Assembly (NCBI RefSeq): GCF_001194135.2 | Contig: NC_068989.1 | Location: 69,999,313-70,063,312, forward strand | Source of the DNA: Octopus bimaculoides | Lineage: Eukaryota | Length of the DNA: 64,000 nt | Direction of reading: 5' to 3' | Shown here: in pieces, positions 52,094-64,000 of the stretch | How positions within the stretch are numbered: the stretch's first letter is position 1 | Layout: the number at the start of each line of letters is the position of its first letter | The notes under the pieces: model-generated | What the model saw: the letters and a program-made list of their open reading frames with translations, nothing else | The model's database searches: none | Told to the model about the DNA's origin: nothing | Translations under genes and position numbers: made by a program

Positions 52094-53399
52094 GTCTAGC
52101 AGGACAGCCTTATAAATAAACACAAAGTCAAAAGTAACGTCTGTGGTGAAATATCGTGATTGAAAAGGAACCACGAAAAGCACATGTAGTCGGGCGGAAG
52201 AGAACTGTTCAGTCGTTTGTCTCGTCTCGCGGTCTAAGGCTACTGTGGAAGCATGTGTAAGACAGGCGACGGATTGTGTAGTATTGTAGTCGGTAGTACA
52301 GAGTTTCCTGGCTGCATTCATTCTTGTTTCGGGGTCACCAGTTGTAGGAGAAGTGGACATACACCATTCTGTGCATTCCAATTCCGTACATTAAATTTCT
52401 TAAGGAAGAAAACGGAACGCAGACTCTAAACTAAACAGCACAACAATATTTTATTACGGCAGAAATCCGCTCACACGAGGAGGGGATTCGGTAGCATGTC
52501 GCTCTTTGTTTAGATGAGACGTTGTCTTGAAGTCGCGTAGCTGGAAGTCATTGTTGTCCTCTCTGGTTATCTATGTGGATCCAATTTAGTGTTGACGGAG
52601 AGCTGCTATTGTGACGTCTAGCTTCCACGAACTCCAGCTAGCAAAAGAGGTAGAGAGACGCGGGAACGCTTGGATATTGGATGACCACGCATGAGGGACT
52701 TCCTGCATTCCTTCCGGAAAACTAGTCCCTGCGCATGCGTGGATAAACTCTCCAAAATGGTGACTGGTATTAGGCGCCACTACAATTATATTGACATCCT
52801 GCAACGGTGTACAAATGTGCCGATAACTGGAACAAGATACTCAACTTATTAGAAGTTATCATCTTAAAAATGGGCGGACCGGGGGAGGGCTGAGGAGCAC
52901 GTACCCCACTCAAGAAAAGAAATGTGCCCTTCTAAATAATGTTATTACGCCTTTTTCTCCTGGAATTGTATTCCCTTCTGNNNNNNNNNNNNNNNNNNNN
53001 NNNNNNNNNNNNNNNNNNNNNNNNNNNNNNNNNNNNNNNNNNNNNNNNNNNNNNNNNNNNNNNNNNNNNNNNNNNNNNNNNNNNNNNNNNNNNNNNCTGC
53101 TAAAAGTATTAATGCAAATTAATCTTTTTCGTTTTCATCCAACCACAAAACTTAATCTGAAAATTTTCAAAAAATGTACTTTATATATAATTTTGCATGC
53201 TGATGACGAATACCGCAGTTATTATTTTGGAAAGCTTATAAATTTTCATATTTAATTTACATATGAATTTCAAACCGGAGTCTTCATAGCAGCAGTCGAA
53301 ATTATTTGGCAACTCCAGTATATCGTTGTTTACTCATACTGTTGTAGGTGTGACAGGACTGGCATCTACTAGGTTTTGTAAGGAGGAATTAGAGATTGG

Positions 53400-53730
53400 T
53401 ATCACTTTCGCAGTAGACTATAAATATTATTTACTGGAGATTTGCGCGGAAGATTTGCTTCACAATCCAGTGATGATTGATGGTGGTCTCGGTAGAATTG
53501 CTGAAACAGACGAAACTGTATTTTCAAGGAGAAAATACAATCGGAGTTCGAATGGTTAATCGAACAGTGGGTTTTCGGCGGTGTGCGTCGCGAGACTCGA
53601 GAACTTTCTTTTTTCTTTTCGCTGTGCCCTCTCGAGATTGTGATACATTCACAGATTGCATTCGACAATCAATTCTGCTGCCAACAACTTTTTATTGTGG
53701 CCTCTGGCGCACATACTCGCATATTCCTGA
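53400..53730 (+). mobile_element. Merlin (IS1016/IS1595-related) DNA transposase remnant
   Basis: VDYKYYLLEICAEDL...GGLGRIAETDETVFSRRKYNR, then with frameshifts QWVFGGVRRETR and LFAVPSRDCDTFTDCIRQSILLPTT...LWRTYSHI. Fits the Merlin pattern GGxGxIVEIDESxFxKRKYNRGR...WVFGG...RxAxTL..I...IxPGT.I.SD.W.AY. Confidence 0.8.
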
Positions 53731-54929
53731 GATACAACTGATGACACCATTACGACGACAAAACATTCAACGACGGAAGTTTTCATAAAGTCATGTGAAA
53801 TGTTGAAAGAAGCATGTGACACGAAAACAATAACTGAATGTTAAATTACAGAAAAATTAACTACAATTCAGTTCATGTAAAAAATACATATTTTATAGCA
53901 AGGTCGTTAAATTACGAGAAAATAAATTGTAGTGCAGTTCATGTAGGAAAAAACAACGTGAACTACACGTGGTTGAACCGGGCAGCAAGAGACGAGTAAG
54001 CAGACTACACAACAGCTTGGCTTGCTACAATCGAATCAGGCACCAATGTGACTGTGGGTTTCAATTGGCTAAAACTACCCAAAATTGACAAACTTTAAAA
54101 GCTATTTATGGTAAAAATAATAATTTCATTTCACAATTAGCATACAAAATTACATCAATACACAAAATTTGATATCAACTGGAATAAAATTGAAGGTATT
54201 GAAACGTGAAACCCCCAAAATCCTTTTCATGTTTGTTTTGTTTTCTTTCATTAAATTCTTTTTAATATATATTTTTAAAAAAGCTTCTCTTTTCGTTTGT
54301 TTACTTTCGTTAAACTCTTTTTTAATAAAAACTATTCAATTTTCACGGTTCCCTTTGATTGCATTTCCAGCGACAGTCTGTTTGTTACCATGACAATTAT
54401 GACAGCAAATAGTTTCTATTATCGCATGTGAGGATATGGATTCCTCTTTGTGTTGAAAATTTGAAGACAATCCATTGAGAATTGAAAAATCTTCAAACAG
54501 CTGGGGGAAAAAAGCGAAAAAAGATCCACGCAATTCATTATTAGCTATACTTGCATATATATATGTATAGCAAGTTATACATACATACATACATACATAC
54601 ATACATACATACATACGGATTACAAATGTACATTTATACCAATAATAATTGGAGCACTTGGTTTTGTGAGTAAGTGCTTAACTGTCAATCTGGATAAGTG
54701 TGTGTTTTCAGAAAAAGAAAGCAACCGATTCGCGCATTACAAATACAATCTGTAAGAGGAACGGAAAAACTAAGCTAGCCTTTTCGCGTGTTTAAAATGT
54801 GACATTGTTTTCGTTATCTACATTCCAAAGATGGAGCTTTGTATCTTTCTTAGAAACCAACTCTTTCTTCAGAGGAAAAATTTAGATGATTAAAAACAGA
54901 AGGTACAAGCATACATGCATGGGTTAAGA

Positions 54930-55137
54930 GAATATTGGTGGAACTTAAGAATTAAAACATCCACCAAGTTGAAACACAAACGGCCAGATATTATTGAGTG
55001 AGACCACAAAAAAAAGTAATGTTCTGTTGTGGAATCACCTGCCCTCTGGACACCAATGTGGTTAGAAAAATACAAGAGAAAGAAGACATCTATGGACCAT
55101 TGATAAGGAATTTGCAAATCCAATACCCACGATACAC
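54930..55137 (+). mobile_element. Non-LTR retrotransposon remnant, restriction-like endonuclease domain (R2/R4/NeSL-type)
   Basis: EYWWNLRIKTSTKLKHKRPDIIE*DHKKK*CSVVE, then with a frameshift ITCPLDTNVVRKIQEKEDIYGPLIRNLQIQYPRY. RPD...E-x-x-x-P-x-D-x-N...K...Y is the PD-(D/E)xK REL signature. Confidence 0.7.
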
Positions 55138-57538
55138 TTTATATATACACAAACAGAGAGAAGTAGGTGTATGTGTGTGCGCGCAGGAACGCATGTATGT
55201 GTGATCCCTTGTCTTAAGATTATGCTATAGATGTAAGCGACTATCACTATCATACAAGCGGTGTTGTTCGTATCCAATCTTCTATGATAAATGTGTCTAG
55301 CCACAGAGAAATATTACTTTACTTGGAGAGAGGTGAGGGTTGGCGACAGAAAGGATATCCGGCCGTCTCCTTCAACAATTTACTTTTGTCCCGTGTAAGC
55401 ATAGAAACATAGACGTCAAACGATGATGATGGTGAGAAAAGCTGACTGAAAAGTTTCAACTTGCTCATCGCTATGAGATTGCCATAGTCTGATATCGTGA
55501 TGATAGCGAGCTGTGTGTGTGCGTGTGTGTGTGTGGATATTTACAAACAATTATCATGCAATTGAATTAGCATTTCTTAATTCTTGCCTTGAATATACAT
55601 AAATATTACATAATTGTTAAAGAGGACAACAAACATTAAGGCAAGACAAACATCTCAAATACTCTGTATTATTTCCCTAAAGTTTTACGAAAAATTGGAA
55701 TCTCCATTGGTACTACCAGTTGACCGATGAAACAGACTTCCACTGTGACATAAACTTAATGCCAAAGATAATTATGATATTGTCAGATGTCATTCGCAAG
55801 CTGGGATGGTGACGTGTACCATGCTAATAAGCAGTGCAAGTAGACACAGACAGCTTGCTCGTTCAGCCCTTTTCTAACGGAATATCCAGAACGTAACACC
55901 TTGAAGGACAGAGGGTTATATCAACGCCAAATCGGTATTCATTATAGAGCGAGTAGCCTGGAATAACGTAGAATGAAGTGCTTGTCCAAGGACACAACAC
56001 AGCCCGGTCCGATCCAGGAATTGAACCCGTAACCACTTGGCTACACGCTTTCAAGATATAGCCTAAGGGAAGAGAAAAGAAATTGTGTGTCGTTAATATC
56101 TTTCTGAAATTGTGTCTTTACTCAGGTATCGAAAGTGAGTCGTAGATTCTATTTTGTTGGAAACTTTACCGCGATCTACTTTACAATGAGGCGCGTGTTT
56201 TCATATTTAAAGCAGCCGATGATGAATTGTGATATCTCTCCTACACACAATATGAACGTCATTTAATTCATGTGATGTTAAGTAATTTAGGATCAAAGAC
56301 GAAAAACAAAGTGTTTTGTAAATTGTAAAGAGTTGTAGGTCTAATTTAGGAAACTTACTTTCTTGTACACGTTAGAGTAAAAACACAATTCTAAGAAAAA
56401 GTAAGGAATTAATTCCTGATATCAGATTCTAAGAAGACAGGACAAAGCTGACAAAGTTGGGCGAATGTATGATCCTAAATTTCCTTTCCTCATTACAATA
56501 TCTGTTACTTTTAATAAAGTTGCAATTCGTCAAACAGGATGTTTTCTCTATGTGAAAATGACACTGAATATATTAGCTATAAATTAAAAGTGCAGCAATA
56601 AGTTTTGAACAAGCAGCTTGAAATAACAACTTAGGGAAGTGGAATGAAACTGAAGGGATTGGGTTTGTGTATTTACGAAGTTATTTAATGACAGTGTACA
56701 GCACATTACTGACCTCTAAGCAGTAGTTCTGCAACAGAAGCACACTCGATGATTTGCATACGTTTTCCAAGTGATCAACAAGAATCCAAGACAGCAGTAT
56801 AGTTTCAAGTTGATAAGAGGTGATAAATGCAAATGAAATTAGTAAAATGGCTTTCAATAACCAGTTACTGTTACTTTAACAACGCTATGTTATTTGTTTC
56901 TTAACTACCGTTATTCCCAGTTTTGTAGACGTTAAGCTGTTGAGAAGTATCACTTACACCAGCTAGAATCTATGGTAGATTTCGTCACATTAATGGAACA
57001 TGTTGTTGTTGTTTAACCCTTAAGTCAATTCTGGTTAAGCAAACTTTGGTTAAAAGACCTTCCTATCATGACCACCACACTTTTTAAAATCTACATTGCA
57101 TTGTCTTCGATATCCAACATTATTCGAGTCAACAGAGTTTGATTTGAGGATTCACACGAAAAAGATTTTTGCAACGAACCGTTTACTTGAATGGATTATC
57201 AGACCAATGCCATCGCTACTATCACTCCTCTCCCTCTATCTCTACTTCATTATTCCAGAGAGAGAGAGAGAGAGGGGGGAGAGAAGTCTGACAGAGACTG
57301 AGAAATGAAAGATTAAAAAGAGAGTGCAAGAGGAACAAAGACAGTTTTATTTTGAAACAAACGTGGTTTTGAATCCTGATACTACCACTTTGTATGTTCT
57401 TCCTGTCTAATGACGAACAATAATATATACGATTATGTGGGTCGTTTTGTAATTTCCGACATACGTAGACAACTCTCTTTCACACACGCACGCACGTGCG
57501 CGCGCACACACACATACATACATACATACATACATACA

Positions 57539-57570
<32 letters not shown>

Positions 57571-58042
57571 ATATAAATTGAACATGGGCTACCATTGTAT
57601 TCTTTCTTGTCTCGAGGTTCACGGCCAAACGGCTGGGGTGGATTCGCGTGAAAAATGGCACACATGTGGAGACGGATGCATAGATTGGAACGCGCTTTGT
57701 ATTTTTTCCTAGCCCCCATAGTTACCGACAAAATCGATTAAAACAACCTGCGTGCGTGTATGTGAGTGCACATATATATATCAAGAAAAATGGATCAAGA
57801 GTCCTTTCCGAGTCATAGGCTCATAAACCGGGACAGGACGCCGGTCCGTCACTGGATTACTCATTTTTGCCATTGAGTGGATTGGAACAACGTGAAATGA
57901 AGTGTTTTACTCAAGACTACAACGCCTCGTCTGGTCCAGGTGTTGAAACCATAATCTTACCATGACGAATGCAATACTCTAAACACTAAGCCACACACGC
58001 ACACACACACACACACACATTTAAATACACAGNNNNNNNNNN

Positions 58043-58073
<31 letters not shown>

Positions 58074-58086
58074 TTAAATACACAGG

Positions 58087-58141
<55 letters not shown>

Positions 58142-58651
58142 GGGGAGAGAGAGATGACAAATTGTTTTCCTCGCTGCATAAATATTTATCGTTACTTTAT
58201 AAATGCGCCATAGTAAAGGTGCGTAGCTTAGTGGTTAGAGTGTTGGACCCATGATAGTAAAATTGTGGTTTCAATTCCTAGACCGAGCGATGCATTGTGT
58301 TCTTCAGAAAAACACTTCATTTCACGGTGGTCCAGTCCACTCGACTGGCAAAAATGAGTATTCCGGCGACGGAAACCGGTAAACTGGTAAACCAGTCACA
58401 TGAGACGATAAAACTCGAGAAGAAGCTTTATCCTATTATCGTCCCATGTATTTAATATACTACAACAAACTTAACAAAATTCACCTATTAAAAAAATAAA
58501 GTACTGGGCTCGATTCTTCAAAGCGGTGCCCCAGCAAGGCCACAGTCTAATGACAGAAACAAGTAAAGGGTAGAATATATTAAGGTTTATCGAATAATCC
58601 TTGACTTTTATGGTGCTTCAGGCTGTATATCATCACTATAGTCAATTTTAA

Positions 58652-58870
58652 GGCGGCGAACTGGCAGAACCGTTAGCATACCGTACGAAATTCTTAGTGG
58701 CATTTCGTCCAGCTTTACGTTCTGAGCTCAATTTCAACCGATGTCGACTTTGTCTTTTATCCTCTGAGGGTCAATAGAATAAGCACCAGTCAAGTATTGA
58801 AGTCGATGTAATTGACTTTCCCCTCTCCTCAAAAATTGCTAGTCCTGTCCTGGAATTTGAAACTATTACG
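58652..58870 (+). mobile_element. SINE family C copy (CpG-retaining)
   Basis: ggcggcgaactggcagaaccgttagc...gtcgactttgtcttttatcc...aagcaccagt. Other copies at about 2865-3030(-), 10330-10460, 31330-31440(-), 33240-33370(-), 36660-36870 and 60245-60430. Confidence 0.8.
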
Positions 58871-59249
58871 ATAACCAATTTTCTGATTGGGTGGTTTTTC
58901 TTTTATAATATTGTATTAATTCATCTAGTTTTATTATTCTATATATTGAATAGTTGTTTTATTTAACGATTCATTTTCTTGGGTAATTCAATTCCCCACA
59001 TCGTCTTCTATCACACATCCACTACAACTTTACACTGGTAGATTGATAAAACACCAAGTTTACTATATTTAATGAAACAGAAAATGTTTTAACTCAAGTG
59101 ATGTTGTATGAATCTGAAAATATTTTTTGTTGTATCTGTGGAAAATAATTGGATTTTGTAAGGGTGATAAAAAATCATACAGTTAATCATAAATTTGAAG
59201 AACTTACGGTCAATGTCCTTTAAGAGTACACGAAGGGTAAGAGAATTCG

Positions 59250-60245
59250 TTAAGTTAGTGGTTCTCAGGCTGAATGACGGGAACTAAGCCAATGTTTTCA
59301 GTGTCAACGAGAAGAAAGAGATATTCTTAAACCAGTTGTTCCGAGCTTCGATAAGACAAAAGAAAGGTCTTTAGGGCAAAGGTTCTCAGGTTGAATGAGA
59401 GGAAATAAAAGTCCTAGGGACAGTTTGCATGACAGAAACAAGAACCCTGAAGCCAGTGGGTCTCATGGTAAACGAAAGGAAAGAGAACTCTTGGGACCAG
59501 TGGATCTTAAAGTGAACAAGAGGAAAAAAGACTCGTGTGGTCATTAGGTCTCAGGTTGAATTGGAGGAAAGCGATAACTTCTGGCTAATGGATCTCAAGT
59601 TGAACAAGAAGAAAGAGAAGTTCTGAAGCTAGTTACAGTGGATCACAGTTTGAATGAGTAGTCCTTAGCACAGTAGTTTTCCTTTTGACCAAGAATAAAG
59701 AAAATTCGTCAGGACAGTGGTTCCTAGTTCTGCCGAGAGGATGAATTTGTTCTTAGGGCAGTAGCTGTCAGTTTAAACGAGAGGAAATAGGAGTCATGAA
59801 GCAAGTGGCTGTCCTGGTTAACTGAAAGAAAAATAATGAGGGTAGTGTTTCTCAGATAAAGGAATCCTGAGGCCAGTAGTTGTCAAGTAGAACGAAAGAA
59901 AGGAAATGGAAGTTCTTAGGACAGTTCTTTTCAACTTACACAACAGAAAAGAGGAATCCTGAAGCCAATGATTCTCAGATCAAATGCGAAGACAGCGAAG
60001 TTCTTAGACCAGTGGTTTTCAGGTTGATTGTGAATGAATAAGAACCATAAGAGGAAAAATGAATCCATGTGATAGTGGTTCTAAAGTTGGATGCGAGAAA
60101 ATTGAATCCTTGAGAAATGGTTCTCAAGTTAACCGGGAGGAAAGGGAAGTTCGTATGTCAGTTGTTCTCCGGTCGAATGAAAGAAAAGAGGCGTCCTTAA
60201 ACCAGTGCTTCTCAAACTGAATGAGAAACAAGATGAGCCCTGAAG
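59250..60245. repeat. Degenerate 44-bp minisatellite (roughly 20 or more units)
   Basis: Units start at 59455, 59499, 59543 and 59587 (exact 44-bp spacing); approximate consensus cagtggttctcaggttgaacgagaggaaagagaagttcttagga. Confidence 0.8.
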
Positions 60246-62266
60246 CACACCGGGCAAAATACTTAGCGGCATTTTGTCCGTCTTCACGTTCTGAATTCAA
60301 ATTATGTCGAGGTAGACTTTGCCTCTTATCCTTTCAGGGTTGATAAGATAAGTGCCAGTTGAACACTGGGATCGATGTAATCGACTTATTCCCGGCCCGA
60401 AATTGCTGGCTTTGTGTCAAAATTTGAAACCGTTATTATAATTATCATCGGAAGTTATTGTTATTATCATCTGCAGTTCATGGCTTTGGCATAAAAAATA
60501 AACCAGTTAAAACTTTCCTCTTACAACCAAACAATATCCCACTAATCATTTGTAGAACTGATATCAACGTATGGGATGCTTGACTGACCTGTAAAGGAAA
60601 TCTGCTCCATATATATTAAACCCCGCAGGGTCCTGACATTTAGTGCAAACCTCTGTAGAAACAATAGAAACAATCACTGCTTCGAAATTTGCAGCCTATT
60701 TACTCTGCTTATAAATTCACATTTACACCTCTAATTATTTGTGCACTTTATTATTATTATTATTAATTGTTTAAAAGACAATCTGGTAAAGGTCGTATTT
60801 TCAATCAAGAAGGAGACACGCACTTTACACAATCTTTAGGTGGAACAGCAAAAACATGCAAGACTTTTCTAAAGTTCAACACGTAGTACTTGTTGTTGTT
60901 ATTATCCAACGATGGAGCTTTATTTCTTTCTTGCAAATTCTTAGAAACCAAGTCCTTCTTTGTAAGAAGAATTCTAATGATTAAAAACAAAAAGATGCAC
61001 ACACACTTATATACGCACACACACACACATATTTGTATCCTCTATTATTCTATCTTTTAATGGTGAATATGATCACTCTGCTGTATTTTCAAACTATATT
61101 ACTTGAGGCACTGCAAGTTATTTTTGATCGACTATATCGACTCCAGCGCTTATTTAAGTCTATTTCTATATTTTCTGAATTCACAATTTAAAACAATCAC
61201 ATCATTGACTCGATACACACATACATACATACATACATACATACAAACATACATACATACATACATACATACACACGCACGCACACAAACACACACACAC
61301 ATACACACCTATGTATATGTATATATATCGTGCAAATGTACAAAAAAAGACAAAAGACAGACGGGTGTGGGGACAACAAATAAGGTGTACTAGTTTGACG
61401 CTCAGGAAAAATAGAAAAGTCTTTGACATTTCGAGCCTATTCTCTTCATATAAACAATCTATATTTCTACTGAACTTTTGTCCATTTAATTTATATCTTC
61501 ACGGATAAATTAATGTTTTAATTAGTTAATCTTAATTTAAATGCTAACACATGAGCTGTCAATGTCGTGTAGTTAGGAAATTCGTTTTTCAATCATGTAT
61601 TTCTGGGTTCGGACCGGTGCGGCTTTGGTTGTTCAGCGCACATAAAAACTTAAATTTGTCAGCTCAACACAATCCTTACTTTCCTGGATAACTTTTAAAT
61701 TTTTAGGGATACAAATTCAGTACTACAATTATAGCTGTCTCAAGCTACCTATGACCCTACTCTCTATATATAATTTGAGAAACAAGCCTCTATCCGTGTT
61801 GTGTGTCGCTAATTTTCTCTTCTACTTCTGTCTATCACGTCTTCCATTTTCTCAATGAATCATTTCTCATGCGTTTCTGTCCTCCGCACATGCTTATATA
61901 TCAATATCGAAAGACTGTATTTCATATGACATCTTTCAGCGCCAGTAAATGTTTTCGTACTACCACTACTATCACCAATACTACAACCATCACCACTACT
62001 ACTGCACCATTCCCACTATCATTATCGTGAACGTGACATCATTGTACAGCATGACAGATGTATATGATTATGGTATTAATTGTAACACTAGGCAGTAGTG
62101 ATAGTGAAAAGTACTCACACTCGTTTTTACATCCCTTCTCTTTTTTTATTCTTCCATACAGGTTTTTTCTCTATCACACATGCATACACACATACATATC
62201 AACGCGTGCAAATGTGTGTCAATGTGACTTGTTTCACGCTACATGCATGTCAAGAATTGCTTCAAT

Positions 62267-62346
<80 letters not shown>

Positions 62347-62897
62347 TTGTCTCTCATGTTTTGTCTATCTGCCTTGGTGAAATCCAAACTGCAGGCTTGC
62401 TGGTGATTGACGAATCCGACACAAAATTAACAAGGTCCAGCAGTTGTAAAGAAACTTCTTTATTGAGTTCAATGTTGCTTAGCTACGGCTCTTTTTCAGT
62501 TTTCTTTTGACCTCAAGGTCAACCCTAAGTATTTTCTCGAAAGACGAGATAGACTATTGAATAGTGCGTCTTCACGGTAAATATATTTATTTTAGTCACC
62601 ACACTTACTCTTTGGCATATCCTTGGGTGAATACTTATCTCGCTCTCTCATACACACACATACATGTACGTGCATACATACTTCACATGCACGTACGCAC
62701 GCACGCACGCGCACACACACATGAACACGTGCACAGAAAACTCCCCAGAACACTGCCTAGAGAATAGATAACACTTGATACTTCAATTACACATAATATA
62801 TATATTCTTGGTAAACTAATCGTATCCTCTTCAAAGTGCCGCGATCAGGAAATTAGATAGTCTTTGCTGATCAAATGATTATCATTAATTGGGTGAT

Positions 62898-62952
<55 letters not shown>

Positions 62953-64000
62953 TGTGAGTGTGTGTTCGCGCATGCGCGTGTTTAACAAACTGGATTGATT
63001 CAATATTTATCCATTCAAAGAAGTGGTCTTTACAAACATTGTTTTTTTTTTTTTCGTAAAATCACTTCGTTCATAAAACTGGCTTTGTTGGGGGAAAACT
63101 GTGTATGAAACGGAAATTAAACTATTGCTCCTGTGGCTTAATTAACATACACACACAAAAAAAAAATACGCACAAACAAACCCACGCATGCATACATACT
63201 CACTAGCAAACAGTCTCACACGCACTCACATAAGCGCATTCCACACAAACACACGCATAGGAATATGCACGTAACTGTTCACAAATATTTTTTCATGTCC
63301 ATATATAGATATTTAACGTGCATATATCGTGCTAACGATTTTTGAACTTCCCAAAGGAATATCTATAATTTTAAATGCTGTTTCTTTTACACCTACCTCT
63401 ATATACGAACATAGAAAAGCGCGCGTGTGAATATGTATATATATAGAAAGAGAGGGGGAGGGAGAGAGAGAGAGAGAGAGAGGGGGGGAGAGTGTGTACA
63501 TGTGTCCGCGTGTGTGAGCACGTGTTTTGCACACATGCATGCGTATTCGTTCAATGTTTGCAATACTTCACTTACAACGATTCTAGCAGGTAGCTGAGTC
63601 ATTTCACTGGTTTCTGATGCTTACCATTTACCTTCTGGCTGTTTATTAAGTGTCTCTTAGCACCGATCATCTCTATTGCTGTGTATTCTAGCTATAACGA
63701 TGCGTTTACAACTCAACAATTCTCCCAACTCCATTCAAAGAAATATCATTCTTTCATTTACATCGCATCTCTTACCTAATATGAATGTGTCACTCTCATC
63801 ACAACCTCCAGCATTTTTCTTTTAATATTCTTTGAACAGTTTCTTTCCTATCTGCTTTCCTCTGTTACTTGCAATTATACCAATACCACTCTCTATAGTT
63901 CATATAATTTACGCCGTTATGTTTTGTCTCAGACTTTTTTTTAACTAAATACATTGCAATAAATACCTCGGTGGCTGACATTTTCAGTTCAAATCTTACT

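Larger units (their letters stand above)
49710..52784 (-). mobile_element. Gypsy/Ty3 LTR retrotransposon, internally deleted and degenerate
   Basis: 5' LTR 52343-52784 (TGTAG...CTACA). Truncated 3' LTR 49710-49859 matches 52343-52492 with 3 mismatches in 150 bp. ATTA TSD at 49706-49709 and 52785-52788. PBS TGGTGACCCCGA (52329-52340) is complementary to the tRNA-Trp 3' end. Gag, protease and RT-start remnants lie inside. Confidence 0.93.

Noticed and set aside
59250-60245. Minisatellite as a CRISPR array or a coding repeat (SGSQVE...-like frame)
   Set aside because: No constant repeat with unique spacers; the 44-bp period breaks frame and stops are frequent.

Overview
AT-rich, repeat-dense animal genomic DNA with about 10 N-gaps. 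The repeat families resemble those I recall from Octopus-type (coleoid cephalopod) genomes; this is inference, no search was run. The one host gene I can support is the 3' half of a TRPM cation channel (TRPM1/3/6/7-type) on the + strand. It has six exons between 20194 and 41627, all GT-AG with compatible phases, 2352 nt in total (783 aa plus stop). They encode S3-S6, the pore (YGELF), the TRP box (WKFQRY), the coiled coil and a long Ser/Pro-rich tail with no kinase or NUDT9-H domain. The 5' exons were not found in the window. The rest is transposon-derived or simple repeat: four SINE-like families, piggyBac-, hAT- and Tc1-type MITEs, a deleted mariner, a deleted Gypsy LTR element (tRNA-Trp PBS, ATTA TSD, nested hAT MITE), and remnants of CR1, RTE, Penelope, Merlin and an REL-endonuclease LINE. 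The most notable observations are: an Arg (AGA) in S6 where TRPM channels have a hydrophobic residue; a shift from CpG-depleted to CpG-retaining repeats near 45.7 kb; an intronic fold-back element; and a 44-bp minisatellite whose monomer resembles a hAT terminus. I found no convincing wholly new biological system.
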